A stretch of 63,764 nucleotides of DNA from Squalus acanthias (Eukaryota): contig CM059426.1 in NCBI GenBank assembly GCA_030390025.1, positions 199,144,237 to 199,208,000 on the forward strand, in the 5' to 3' direction. Shown here piece after piece: positions 23,385-36,189 of the stretch. Under the pieces are notes generated by a model. That model made no database searches, was not told the origin of the DNA, and saw only the letters and a list, made by a program, of their open reading frames with translations. Each line of letters starts with the position of its first letter. Within the stretch, counting starts at the first letter, position 1. A program made the position numbers and the translations under genes.

Positions 23385-25400
23385 TGACTGCTTCCATTCT
23401 TATCTATCTAATTGTAACCAGAGAATCACCTGCAACGGCTTCTCTTCCTGCTCCTGCATCGTTACCTCTGGTGTCCCCCAAGGATCTATCCTTGGCCCCC
23501 TCCTATTTCTCATCTACATGTTGCCCCTTAGCGACATCATCTGAAAACACAGCGTCAGTGTCCACATGTACGCTGACGACACCCAGCTCTACCTCACTAC
23601 CTCTTCTCTCGACCCCTCCACAGTGTCTAAATTGTCAGACTGCTTGTCCGACATACAGTTCTGGATGAGCAGAAATTTTCTCCAATGAAATATTGGGGAA
23701 ACCGAAGCCATTGTTTTCGGTCCCCGCCACAAACTCCGTTCCCTAGCCACTGACTCCATGGGGGAAAAATTCAGTTGGTTGCGCCTCCCATTAGCGCCTT
23801 AAGAGGGCACTAATGGGGCGCAAAGCATCTAGCGCCCAGGCGCGGCGAAGTTTGCGCCGCTCGCGAAATTAACTAGACATTTTGCGGCGGCGGCGCTAAA
23901 CACTACCGCCAAGATCTCCTGCGCCAGCAGATCGTGACGTCAGTCGAGTGCGCAACGCCCCGGTATCGCCCCGGAGCGGATATTGAGTGGCGCCCCCTGC
24001 CTTACCGCCTGACGCTAGCAACGACAGGTTGAGGGGAACGTTCTGCAGTCATGAAGGGAAAGGGGGAGTGCTATTTAAAGGTGACCGCTTCCTGCCTTTT
24101 ATTGTTGGTGCCATTTTTGAACTACGCATTCTGAGAGAGAGAGAGAGAGACTTCTGGAGAGATTCAACGTTGTGTGAAGGAGTTTTGGGTACTGAGCGGC
24201 ACTTTGCAGGTTCATTTTAATTTGCCATTCCTTGCATCGATTTAGAAGAGACTGTGGGGGCTGCACTCTGAGCTCTTTGCCTGGTACTCTCCATTGTTCT
24301 TTCCAGCACATTTGATGTGCAGGTCTCTCCAGGCCGAGATTCAAGGCTGCAATGAGCACGATGTGGATGGAAAGCAAGATTAACCATCCCCTTTAAGAAC
24401 TGACCCGTGCCATTGTGTGTGTGTTCCATTGCTGACTGACATTACATGAGCTTCGCCAGCGCTCTGAGGTAGCGCCTCGCTCCTCGGCCTTTGCGCCTTA
24501 AGACAGGTGTGAAGCGCCTGATTTAGCGCTCCAATCACCTCCAGGGTCGATAAAAGTCAAGTTTGCAGTCAGTGGCGATAATTAGCGCCAGGCGCTAATC
24601 TTTACGCCCGGCCGATAATTGCACCCCAAATGGGGCGATACTGAATTTCTCCCCCCCATCTCTCTCACTAACATCTGTCTGAGGCTGAACCACACTGTTC
24701 GTAACCTTGGTGTCATATTTGACCCTGAAATGAGCTTCCGACACATATCCGCAGCATAACAAAGACCGCCTATTACCACCTCCCTAACATCGCCCATCTC
24801 CGCCCTTGCCTCAGCTCATCCGCTGCTGAAACACTCATCCATGCCTTTGTTACCTCTAGACTTGACTATTCCAACGCACTCCTGGCTGGCCTCCCACATT
24901 CTACCCTACGTAAACTTGAGGTCATCCAAAACTCGGCTGTCCATGTCCTAACTCGCACCAAGTCCCGTTTGCCCATCACCCCTGTGCTCGCTGACCTACA
25001 TTGGCTCCCGGTTAAGCAGTGCCTCGATTTCAAAATTCTCATAATTGTTTTCAAATCCCTCCATGGCCTTGCCCCTTCCTATCTCTGTAATCTCCTTCAG
25101 CCCCACAACCCCCCGAGATATCTGCGCTCCTCTAATTCTGCCCTCTTGAGGATCCCTGATTATAATCGCTCAACCTTTGGTGGCCGTGCCTTCTGTTGCC
25201 TGGGCCCTAAGCTCTGGAATTCCCTGCCTAAACCTCTCCGCCTCGCTAACTCTCTTTCCTCCTTTAAGACGCTCCTTAAAACCTACCTCTTTGACCAAGC
25301 TTTTGGTCACCTGCCCTAATTTATCCTTATGTTGATTGGTGTAAATTTTTTGTCAGAACACTCCTGTGAAGCGCCTTGGGACATTTTACTCTGTTAAAGG
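23385..25400 (+). mobile_element. L2 LINE (RT and C-terminus), interrupted by Harbinger element
   Basis: GVPQGSILGPLLFLIYMLPL, HMYADDTQLY, ITPVLADLHWLPV, GRAF..LGPKLWNSLP, L2 tail. Confidence 0.94.
23760..24656 (-). mobile_element. ~890-bp non-autonomous PIF/Harbinger element, copy 3 (subfamily A, inverted)
   Basis: Reverse complement of 5200-6103; TSD CAT (23757-23759, 24657-24659). Confidence 0.93.
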
Positions 25401-26787
25401 TGTGACAGGTGGTGAGAGAACCAGCACGAGGGAAAAACCTACTTGACCTCGTCCTCACCAATCTACCTGTCGCAAATGCATCTGTCCATGACAGTATTGG
25501 TAGCAGTGACCACCGCACAGTCATTGTGGAGACAAAGTCCCGTCTTCACACTGAGGACACCCTCCATCGTGTTGTGCAGCACTACCACCGTGCTAAATGG
25601 GATACATTCAGAACAGATCTAGCAGCTCAAAACTGGGCATCCATGAGGCACTGTGGCCCATCAGCAGCAGCAGAATTGTATTCCACCACAATCTGTAACC
25701 TCATGGCCCAGCATATTCCTCACTCTACCATTACCATCAAGCGAGGGGACCAACCCTAGTTCAATAAGGAGTGTAGAAGAGCATGCCAGGAGCAGCACCA
25801 GGCAGTGCTGACCTAAAAATGCAGTGCCAACCTGGGGAAGCTGCAACACAGGACTACATGCATGCTAAAAAGCTGAAGCAGCATGTTATAGACAGGCTAA
25901 GCGATCCCACAATCAACAGATCAGATAAAAGCTCTGCAGTCCTGCCACATCCAGTCGTGAATGGTGGTGGACCATTAAACAACTAACAGGAGGAGGAGGC
26001 TCCATGAATATCCCCATCCTCAATGATGGTGGAGCCCAGCACGTGAGTGCAAAAGACAAGGCTTAAGCGTTTGCAACCATCTTCAATCAGAAGTGCCGAT
26101 TGGATGATCCATATCGGCCTATTCCTGAGGTCCCCACTATCACAGAAGCCAGTCTTCAGCCAATTCGATTCACTCCATGTGATATCAAGAAACGGCTGAG
26201 CGCACTGAATACAGCAAAGGCTATGGGCCCCGTCAACATCATGGCTGTCGTGCTGAAGACTTGTGCTCCAGAACTAGCCAAGCTGTTCCAGTACAGCTAC
26301 AACACTGGCATCTACCAATAACCTGCTCACTTATGCCCAGTTTGGGTTCCGCCAAGACCACTCGGCTCCTGACCTCATTACAGCCTTGGTCCAAACATGG
26401 ACAAAGGAACTGAATTCCAGAGGTGAGGTGAGAGTGACTGCCCTAGACATCAAGGCAGCATTTGACTGAGTGTGGCATCAAGGAGCCCTAGTAAAACTAA
26501 AGTCAATGGGAATCAGGGGGAAAAGTCTCCACTGGCTAGAGTCATACCTAGCACAAAGGAAGATGGTTGTGGTGGTTGAAGGTCAATCATCACAGCCCCA
26601 GGACATCGCTGCAGGAGTTCCTCAGGGCAGTGTCCTCAGCTCAACCATCTTCAGCTGCTTCATCAATGCCCTTCCCTCCAACATAAGGTCAGAAGTGGGA
26701 ATGTCGCTGATGACTGCACAGTGTTCAGCACCATTCACAACCCCTCAGATAATGAAGCTGTCCATGCCTGCATGCAACAAGACCTGC
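25401..26787 (+). mobile_element. LINE of a distinct CR1/L2-group family (endonuclease end plus partial RT, internally deleted)
   Basis: RGKNLLDLVLTN...GSSDH; KAMGP; LDIKAAFD.VWHQG; GVPQGSVL. Confidence 0.88.
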
Positions 26788-27559
26788 TTAAAGAGAACCT
26801 GTCACTGCAACATCGTGAATTAAACTAATCACATCAGTTTAATATTGACTTAAAATAGCCACCTGATTTCCATACTATGAGGAATTAACACAAGTTTTCA
26901 CTGCATTGAATTCAACACTCTACCTTCTGTTTATATTGCATTGAGTTAAACTACCTAGTATTGAGCCAATTGGTTTTACTCTGCACAAGATTAAATAGTC
27001 CAGTTGATTTTTATTTCAAAATGCCAATTGTTCTTGTTCTTGCATCTTGTTCTCTCACTGCCTATTGGCCAAGGCGTACTTTATATTTGCATGAAACAGC
27101 AGTTTACAGTCCTAAACCATGCAAATTGAAAACATTTTGATTGATGTACCTTTTCAGCACAGGGTATAACATAAAATTTAATTTGTACAGAAACTTTTTT
27201 CCCTGTTGTGTAGGGTTGACATTGTGTACTACACGGGAGAACTCATTACTCCTTCAGTATTGCAAAATGCGAATGAAACATCTCTTGTGTTTAAGTCCCA
27301 GTCTCCATATGACTCACTCAAGCCCGCCTGTCAGTGCTGAAAGTGAGTTTTATCCGTCTTCAGAGAGGATGCTGTAACCTGGGAGTAAGTAAGGGGAAAG
27401 GGAGTGACATACTCATCCTGCCTCTGTGACTCCTTCAAATAAAAAATATTTTAAGTCAAATTTAGGAAATTAAACTTTTTTCAAGAAGAATTTCTTTTTT
27501 TTAATTTTTGCCTAATTTTGTGTTCATCAAGGGGAAAGATGTCAGTGCTGAGGGCTTGG

Positions 27560-28265
27560 AACCCCCCACCCACCCCCACACCCCCAACCCTCACCCCACA
27601 CCCCCCAACCTCCCACACCCCACCCACCAACACCCCCCCGACACCCCCACCCCACGCCCCACCCACCTCCCCAACCCCCACACCCCATCCACCCCCGACG
27701 CCCCCCAACCCCCCACCACCCCACCCCACCCACACCCCACCCACCCCCCATGCCCCACCCACCCCCACCCCCCACCCACCCCCCACGCCCCCACACCACC
27801 ACCCCCCCACCCCCCACGTCCCCCCACACCCCACTCACCCCCCACCCACCCACACCCCCCCAACCCTCACCCCACACCCCCCAACCTCCCACACCCCACC
27901 CACCAACACCCCCCGACACCCCACCCACGCCCCACCCACCTCCCCAACCCCCACACCCCATCCACCCCTCACGCCCCCCAACCCCCCACCACCCCACCCC
28001 ACCCACACCCCACCCACCCCCCATGCCCCACCCACCCCCCACCCCCCACCCACCCCCCACGCCCCCACACCACCACCCCCCCACCCCCCACGTCCCCCCA
28101 CACCCCACTCACCCCCCAACCCCCACACCCCCCCAACCCTCACCCCACACCCCCCAACCTCCCACACCCCACCCACCCCACCCACGCCCCACCCACCCCC
28201 ACCCACCCCCCAACCCCCCACACCCCCCCACCACCCACCCACGCCACCACCCGACCACCCCACCC
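27560..28265 (+). repeat. C/A-only low-complexity array with ~275-bp higher-order period
   Basis: Nearly devoid of G/T on + strand; the T of landmark AACCCTCACCCCACA falls at 27591, 27867 and 28140. Confidence 0.92.
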
Positions 28266-28289
28266 ATCAGTTTCACCTCAGTAAAGAGT

Positions 28290-28570
28290 TCATCAATTTA
28301 AAACTGTCACTGAGAGAGTGAGGAGAGAGGTCGGGAGAAACTTCTTTACGCAGAGGGTTGTTGGAGCATGGAATGTTTTGCAACAGGGAATGGTTGAGGT
28401 AGAGACCATTGCAAGTCCTAAGGGAAAATTGGATAACTATTGGAAGCATAGGAAGATTCAAGGCTATGGGGAGAGAGCCCAGAACTGGGATTCGTTTTGG
28501 CTTGCTCTAGTGAAGAACTGGTACTAACATGACGGATGGATGGCTTCCTTCTGTACTGTAAACTTCTACA
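28290..28570 (+). mobile_element. Degraded CR1 3' fragment
   Basis: RNFFTQRVVGAWNVL...VVEVETIAS.KGKLD. Confidence 0.82.
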
Positions 28571-29309
28571 TCTATATCGACATGTCTGAACTACTTTGCA
28601 TCAACAGAAAAGTGGTTGTACAATGGCACTGGAAAGTGCCCCCTACTTTGCCCCAGTTGCGACCAATGTAATATTTTCATTTGCACACCAGCCATCCTTC
28701 AGGCTTGTGTGAGATTGCCAGTTCTGTGCCAATTAGTGCCAGTTCTGTGCCAATTAGTGCCAGCTTTGTGCTAATGATTTAGACCCACTGGCTTGAGAAA
28801 GCTGAATTTCATTTCATCTGGGACCCTTTGAGCCAGCAGAGCCTTTAACCCTATCAGGCTGGAGGAGATTCCAACTGGGCCCCATGCACAAAAGACCAGT
28901 GTCCAGCCCATTGTGCCAGTTTTACATTGCACTCAAAAATTGACCCAGTAAGCTCTTTCCTTTACTGCCTTCGAGCTTGTGAAAGCCAGAAACTGTTGGA
29001 GAAATCTTTACATTCCCCACCCCAATCAACTTATTAAACCCACAATTACAGTATTTCAATGAATACAAGATACACAACCCAGATTAACCAAACATGCTAA
29101 AGCTGCATCTTGTGATAGTTTTCATATTGAAACCTTCATTGTGATAACAGACAGGCAAGTTGTATGTGTGTACAATTTCCAGTCAAAAGCCTGTCTGTAG
29201 CTATCTGTCCATTGATGCAATATTAGTCGTATTAAGGGATGTGTCAATATGCAATAGCATGCAGGTTATAATTAGAGTTGTGTTGAGTCCCAGAAGTCTG
29301 TAAAATTCT

Positions 29310-29765
29310 TCCATCCAGGACAAAGCAGCCCGTTTGATTGGCACCCCATCCACCGCCTTAAACATTCACTCCCTCCACCACCGGCGTATCGTGGCTGCAG
29401 TGTGTACCATCTACAAGATGCACTGCAGCAACTCTCCAAGGCTTCTTCAACAGCACTTCCCACACCTGCGACCTCTTCCACCTAGAAGGACAAGGGCAGC
29501 AAGTGCATGGGAACACCATCACCTCCAAGTTCCCCTCCAAGTCACATACCATCCTGACTTAGAAGTATATCGCCGATCCTTCATCGTCGCTGGGTCAAAA
29601 TCCTGGAACTCCCTCCCTAACAGCACTGTGGGAGTACCTTCACCACACAGACTGCAGTGGTTCAAGAAGGCGGCTCACCACCACCTTCTCAAGGGCAATT
29701 AGGGATGGGCAATAAATGCTGGCCTTGCCAACGATACCCACATCCCATAAAAATGAATTTTTAAA
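29310..29765 (+). mobile_element. LINE 3' end, probably same family as 25401-26787
   Basis: LNIHSLHHRR.VAAVCTIYKMH...GSKSWNSLPNS...FKKAAHHHLLKGN* followed by tail GGATGGGCAATAAATGCTGGCCTTGCCA...AATGAAT. Confidence 0.85.
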
Positions 29766-29837
29766 AAAAGTCCCGGGAGGGGGATAGGAGCAGATTACGT
29801 GGGGTGGGGGTGGTTTAGGCGGGGGAGCAATCGCGAC

Positions 29838-30542
29838 TAATATCACTAACAGTACTTTCTGGGCTAAGGTGCTTTATAACATGTTCATGTTAATTCTTAT
29901 TTTATGTAACTAGTATATTTAGGACCATATGTGGGTGGAAATAGGTATGCACGGCGCCCATTTTTCAGGCGTAAAATGGACACAAAGTCGGGGGTGGGGC
30001 ACTCCAGTTCCTCCTGGCTCCACGGGAACAATTTAATAAAAAAAGGCATTTTAACTTACCTTTCGTTGACGGTCAAAGGGGGAGGGGTGCTGAAGAATCC
30101 TGAGAGAGGCAGGGCACCTGCCCCACTCATCGCCGACTAATGTCTTCACGTGGGCCTTCAATAGGTGTTAGGCCCCTAATTTACATGTTTACTGGGCCTA
30201 ATAACTGTTTTAGGCGTCCACCCGGAATGTCTAAAAAGAAGAACCCCACAAATGTGTGGAGTATAAACACCAGCGTAGACTAGTGGGGCCGAATGGCCTG
30301 TTTCTGTGCTCTATATTCTATGTAAAATTTTAGCAGTTGGGCCAACGCCTGCGCAGATTGGGCACAGGCCGAACCACTGCTAAATTGCTACGCTTTGTGC
30401 CCATTTTACGCCTGAAAATCGGGTGCCGTACATACCTACTTCCACCCACATAGGGTCCTAAATATACTAGTTACATAAAATAAAAATTAACATGAACATG
30501 TTATAAAGCACCTTAGCCCAGAAAGTACTGTTAGTGATATTA
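29838..30542. repeat. ~150-bp inverted repeat (29838-29987 vs 30393-30542) around a MITE
   Basis: TAATATCACTAAC...CACAAAG is the reverse complement of CTTTGTG...GTTAGTGATATTA. By eye about 2 mismatches in the outer ~95 bp and about 6 in the inner ~55 bp. Confidence 0.95.
29933..30447. mobile_element. Harbinger-like MITE containing a small CR1 tail fragment (~30255-30325)
   Basis: GGGTGGAAATAGGTATGCACGGCGCCC..TTTTCAGGCGTAAAATGG TIR-like arms; GC-rich interior. Confidence 0.7.
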
Positions 30543-31844
30543 CTCTCATCTGATGTATTCATATCACATTCCTCTTGCCTATTTTAGTGGAGGCATTAAT
30601 CTACATAAAGTAAACTGGCTAAACCATCTGTTAAAATAGCAGACTGAGGCCGGCCATATGGACATGATAAGCATCCGTCTAATGTCACCAACAGCAATTT
30701 AAGGATTTATACTTCATACCGAGTAATCTGTATTTATGTAGAACAATATTCTGTTTGCATTCTGTAATTTAGTGCTATCGGGGAGCAGGAGAGCCCCTCC
30801 CACATACGCTGGAATTTATAAAAGAAATCACCAGCATTAATCAATTTTGATTTTATCCTGCAGCACTGTATGCAAGTTAGTGCAGATGAATGCACGGTGA
30901 GGACTTAATGTAAATCTACTGCCACCGTACTTGGCCCTTGTGCACTGCTGGTCAGATGGACTCACCTGCCACTGGTAATATAAACACCTATTTATAATAA
31001 AGTGACGTGCTTGCATACATGCAGCATATTATTTCATCAGAACAACGCAATGTCTTGCATATTAAAATGAAATGGCTTTCTGTCTGTATTACAATAGTAG
31101 ATAAAGGAACGCCCTATGAATGTGTCGCGTGTTCGTTTGCTCATTTCTAGGTTCAAAATAGCCAAACAGCAATTTCTTGTTCCGACTTTCTAATACAAAC
31201 AGCCCTAAATCAGGGCTTCAGCTCACAGTCCAACTTCTTCTCCTTCCTCGAGTGGTTAGGATTTGGAATGCACTGCCTGATAGGGCGGTGGAAACAGATT
31301 CATTAGTAGCTTTCAGAAAGGGAATGGGATAAATACTTGAAGGAGAAAGAAATACAGGGATATGGGGAAAGAGCGGGGCAGTGGGGGAAATGTCAACTCG
31401 GGCAGGAACGCAAAATGGGCGGTAACAGATCGGCCACCCATTATAGACCACACACACGATTTTCCTTTTGAGGTGAGGTGCATGAAAGACGACCGATCCA
31501 CTACCATACATTTTTTTCCCCCCCACTGAAGTTGAATTTTACCCCCATGGTTTGCAAGCAGACAGCACAGGGTAAAGGCAAAACAAAGGTTCGCAGAATG
31601 GAAAGATGTGGTGTTCCACAAGGGGTCTGTGTCAGAACCCCTTTTATTTACTATAGAAATAACTAATCTGATTTCGGAATTGATGGAATAATATTGAAAT
31701 TTGCTGATTAAATCGGGAGTTGGCAAAATGTGACAACGAATACAGCAAGACATAGATAGGCTGGCAGGATGGGCAGATAGGGGGCAGACGCAGTTCAATG
31801 TAGAAAAAAAAGGAAATTTCACAGGAGCTCAGAGTGTCACAACA

Positions 31845-32720
31845 ATAACTTACAATTATACGGCATCTTTAACGTAGACAAACATCACAGAAATATAATC
31901 ATACAAAAATGGGCACTGAGCTAAAGAAGGAATTGACTATTCAATGCTTGGTCAAAGTGACAAGTTTTATGGAGGGTCTTAAAGGAGGAGAGAGAGGTGG
32001 AGAGATTTAGCGAAGGAATTCCAGAGCGTGGAGCCGAGACAGTTGAAGGCATGGCCGGCAATGGTGGGAGGAAGGGAAGAGTGGAAGCACAAAGACCAGA
32101 GAAAGAAAAATGCAGAGTTTGTTGGGCTGGAGCAGGTTACAGAGATAGGGGGGGGGGCAAGGCCATGAAGTGACTTAAACATGAAGATGAGAATTTTAGA
32201 TAGGAGGCATCGAGGGAATGGGAACCAATGTAGGTCAGAGAGCAAAAGGGGCAATAGGTCAGCAGACATGGTGACGTAAGAAAACTACTAGGCACTTGGG
32301 TTAAGCATTAAACAAAGCTTTACTCAACTGTTTTACAACATGGAGGTCTAGTTGTGTCCTTCACTGGTTCCTGTTAAGAATGTCCTGCGCAAGCTGGGCC
32401 CGTGCCCGAGTATTTATACTCTCCCTGGACAGCGCCACCCGCAGGCCACTCAGTATTATTTCATAAGTCATGAATGACAGATTCATGTTACATGGTACAG
32501 CAGAGATTTGGATGAGCTGAAGTTTATGGAGGGTGGAAGATGGGAGGGCATTGGAATAGTCAAGTCTGGAATTCACAAAAACATGGATGGGGGTTTCAGC
32601 AGCAGATAGGCTGAGTCAAGAGCAGAGATAGGCAATAGTAGAGGTGGGTGGTCTTTGTGATGGAGAAGATTATGGGGTCGGAAGCTCAGCTCAGAGTCAA
32701 ATATGACGATACAAGACTCT
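31845..32720 (-). mobile_element. L2 LINE 3' region, interrupted at 32269-32492
   Basis: Minus strand SRLDYSNAL...LHKLQLIQ; LSDLHW.P...KILIFMFKSLHGLAP; AFNCLGSTLWNS. Confidence 0.88.
32269..32492 (-). mobile_element. Solo-LTR-like 224-bp insertion
   Basis: Minus strand TGTAACA...CACCA termini, TATAAATA box followed by AGTAAA poly(A)-like signal; ACATGGT repeated at both junctions. Confidence 0.5.
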
Positions 32721-32781
32721 AGGGTCAAATTGCAAAGTGTTGTGGACAATCTTCCACAAAAATTGCGGCATATCGGGATTG

Positions 32782-33580
32782 AGGGCCAGTATTTCACCGG
32801 TGGCAGCGTTGGTGGCGACTGCACCTCAGATACAATGGCCCAAAAATTCGTGAGGAAGCCTTCGTGCGAGGGTAAGGCCTCCCCGCGATCTCTCACTCCG
32901 CGTTGGCTTTTTCAGTTCCAGCTCGCACGAACTTGATGTTCTGGACAGCTGCTGTGCTGGGCTTGCGTATCCCACCGGCGTAGTTAATTCGTGCGAGCTG
33001 TGGGATCACGTGACTCAGTTAGAGCCAATGGCAGCACACCATCTTCCATTCATAACTTTCACATAAGTGCTGTGAAAGTTATGAATACTATAGCCCCCCA
33101 AAAGAACCGCTAAACCTCAATTAAATTGTTTTAAAAAACCATCACATTAATAAAATAAGTATAGTTAAATAAATTAACCATTTTAAATAAAAAATTAAAT
33201 TTTTGAAAAAATTTAAAATCTTTTAAAAAGTTATAAAAATAAACTTACCTGTCTTTAAAGTCTCTAAAAAAGATATACCTGTTAAAAAAAATTCAAAATA
33301 ATACTTAATTCACTATTTACCTTGTTAAAAGTGAGTCTTACTCCTCCTTTTTTTATGTGTAGAATCTTCCGTACTTACCTGCGCGTTGAAACCACTAAGT
33401 GCACAGCGTGCGCGCAGCCTGTAGCGCGCACGCGGTTCACCTAGGACCCGCCCCCTTTTCCATTCACCAAGTGCCGGTTTTCAGCGCATGCGCAGTGCAT
33501 GCAGAAAACCGGCAATTGGAGACAGAAAACGCGAGAGTACGCAGTGAGCACTCTCGCGTAGCGGGACTAATTTTTGGGCC
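32782..33580. mobile_element. Harbinger-like non-autonomous element related to 62170-62926
   Basis: Shared blocks GGGATCACGTG..AGCCAAT, AT-rich core, AATAAACTTACCT and GCGCATGCGC.GTGCATGC..AAAACCGGCA; GGGCC/GGCC ends. Confidence 0.72.
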
Positions 33581-33844
33581 ATAATTTCACCATTGAGTGT
33601 GCAAGCCCTCGAGCACACAAAGGAAAATGATAGGCTGAAAGAACTGGAACACAAAAGGCCACCTGCCCAATCTCCAACCGCACCCCCTGCCCCACCCCGG
33701 GCCCATTCTGTGCCTGGGAACAAAATCCACCCACACCTGCCTTGAAATCCCACCATGCAATAGTATTTAAATGAATTGATACATTCACTAAAATATAGGC
33801 AAAGGAATTTCATACAAACACCTGAAGCACTTGTACCCTGACAC

Positions 33845-34245
33845 AGAAAGAAAGAAAGAAAGAAAGAAACCAACCAACAACTGGACGTCCCAAAGTGCTT
33901 TACAGCCAATGAAGTACATTTTTTTTTTTAAATGTAGGAAATGCGGCAGCCAATTTGCTCACAGCACGTTCCCACAAAAAGTAATGTGATAATGACCAGA
34001 TAATCTGTTTTAGTGATGTTGATTGAGGGATCAACACCGGCCAGGACACCGGGGAGAACTCCCCTGTTCTTCTTCGAAATAGTGCCTTGGGATCTTTCCT
34101 GTCCACCCAAGAGAGCAGACGGGACCTCGGTTTAACATCTCAGGACTGCACTGGAGTGTCAGCCTAGATTTTTGTACTCAAGTCTCTGAAGTGGGACTTG
34201 AATCCACAACCTTCTGACTCTGAGGGTACTACCCACTGAGCCACG
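33845..34245 (-). mobile_element. DeuSINE (SacSINE1-like)
   Basis: Reverse-complement match to 12945-13390; (GAAA)n tail at ~33846-33868. Confidence 0.88.
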
Positions 34246-34641
34246 ACTAGAAATTCAGAGATTATAAGTTATTTTCATTTTCAGGTAATTTACAAAGGGG
34301 AATATTGTGGGACACGTACACTGCACAGGTGAAGACTGGTTGGTGTTCATTATACATGGTCTTTGGACCTATTTTTCCAATCAGAGGGTACCGTTTCCGA
34401 TTCTTCGACTGGTTTGGTCTTTCCATTTCCCCATCTTATTTTCTTCTACTTTTATTTTATTTTTCCTGTCCAGTGGAACCTACAGTGGATTAATTTTTAA
34501 ATGAAATGCGTTAAATCCTACAGAGCACATACATAGAAACATCGACCTTCAAACTTATACACCTCCACCCACCCCCACTCCCCACTCCCCACTCCCCAAC
34601 CCACCAGAGCCACAGTAATAGGTGCTGAATAGCAAGTGTCC

Positions 34642-35060
34642 ATTTGGCTCAGTTAATAGCAATCTCTTCTCAGAGTCAGACCTTCAGGAGTTGAGCCCAT
34701 AATCTAGAATGACAGTTAAGTGTAGTACTGAGGGAGTGCTACATTGTCTTTTGAATGAGAGGTCCAAACTGAGGTCCCATCAGCCTTATTAGTTGACATA
34801 AAAGGTCCCATGCATTAATTGAAGAGCAAGGAGTACTCCTAATATCCTGGCCAATATCCCTTGCTCAACCAACACCACGAGAAACAGATTAACTGGTCAT
34901 TCATCTCACAGCTTTTTGTAGGACCCCGCTGTGTGCAAATTGGCTGTTGTGTTTGCCCAACTAATAACAGTGACTAGAGTTTAAAAAGTAATTCATTGGT
35001 TATAACACACTTTGGGACATCTTGGGTATAAAATAGGTGTTACACAAATGCAAGTCCTTA
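34642..35060 (+). mobile_element. DeuSINE (SacSINE1-like), diverged
   Basis: TGGCTCAGTT head; body and AAATGCAAGT tail match the family. Confidence 0.82.
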
Positions 35061-36189
35061 CTTAGCCCACTTTTCCTCCCTCCCAGGTACCACTGTCCAT
35101 TTTGAAGCTGTGAGTCACATCCAGATGTTTGGCCTGGAATGAGAGCTGGCTCCCACAAGCCATGTGGTCAGGTGGTCAATGTCCCCATCTCAACAACGGT
35201 GAGCTTCCCTCTCCTCTGCCAGTTATAACTCCCGACATGGTCTCTCCTATAACCACAATGCTCACTCCTTAACTGTGGAAAAACCTGCTACGATCAGGGA
35301 GTGAATGAAATCAAATTGAACTGACTACTTCCAGTTCTTCTGCCCTCTATGACCCACTCCACCAGAGCCCCAGCCTGCTTCTGTACAGCTTAATTCTCCC
35401 ACCCCCTACCCAAGGGGCACAGGAGACAATGACAAACAGATGTGGATGCAAATGCTGTACTGAGTGCGCACATATAGTGTTAAAAAATATCGACTGACGA
35501 GTCTGCACATCTCCCACCTCCTCCCCCCCACAAAAACGCAGTCATATGTGCTGATTAATGTTATTGGGAGCAGCTACTCTCAGAGTACTGTGCATTCCTG
35601 TCCTTGTACCGAGTGGAATGCATTGTCTCTTCCGAAACAGCGGCTTTTCTTTTACTTTTCAAGCCAAACAAATCATTTTGCTCCATCTGCTCTAATGGGC
35701 TGACCCAGAATGATGATAAATAATGAATCAGTGGTCACTTCCTAATCTCCATTCACCACTGTTTTATGCCCCATCTTCCTAGCTTTAATAATGCACCTGA
35801 CATTACCTAGTGGAATTTGTAATGTAAATGTCCTCCCATTAGACTGGACTGTGCAATGTAAATGGCAGAAAAAACCACCCAATGTAAATTAAGCAGTCCT
35901 ATAAAGTGCTTTCATTCTCAAGGCTTCTTGGCCTTGCAAGACACTAGAATGAATAACTGATCGAAATGATTTAATTGACTATGGCTAGAATAATTATTGA
36001 TAAATTAATCAGATAATTGTGGGAACCTTTATTTTGCAAAGACTGTGCTGAATTAAAGCAATGGAGAAATAGTAGCATATACCTGGCACTGGCTCCAGAT
36101 TCTACATTAACTCTAGCTGACCACGATGGCTCTCATCTACAGAACCATCCGAATACTTTCAGCATATAGAATGAGAGGTCAGGAAGAGA

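Noticed and set aside
27481-28321. Pro/His/Thr-rich or Gly-rich proteins (extensin-like)
   Set aside because: All frames are open because C/A-only sequence cannot form stop codons.
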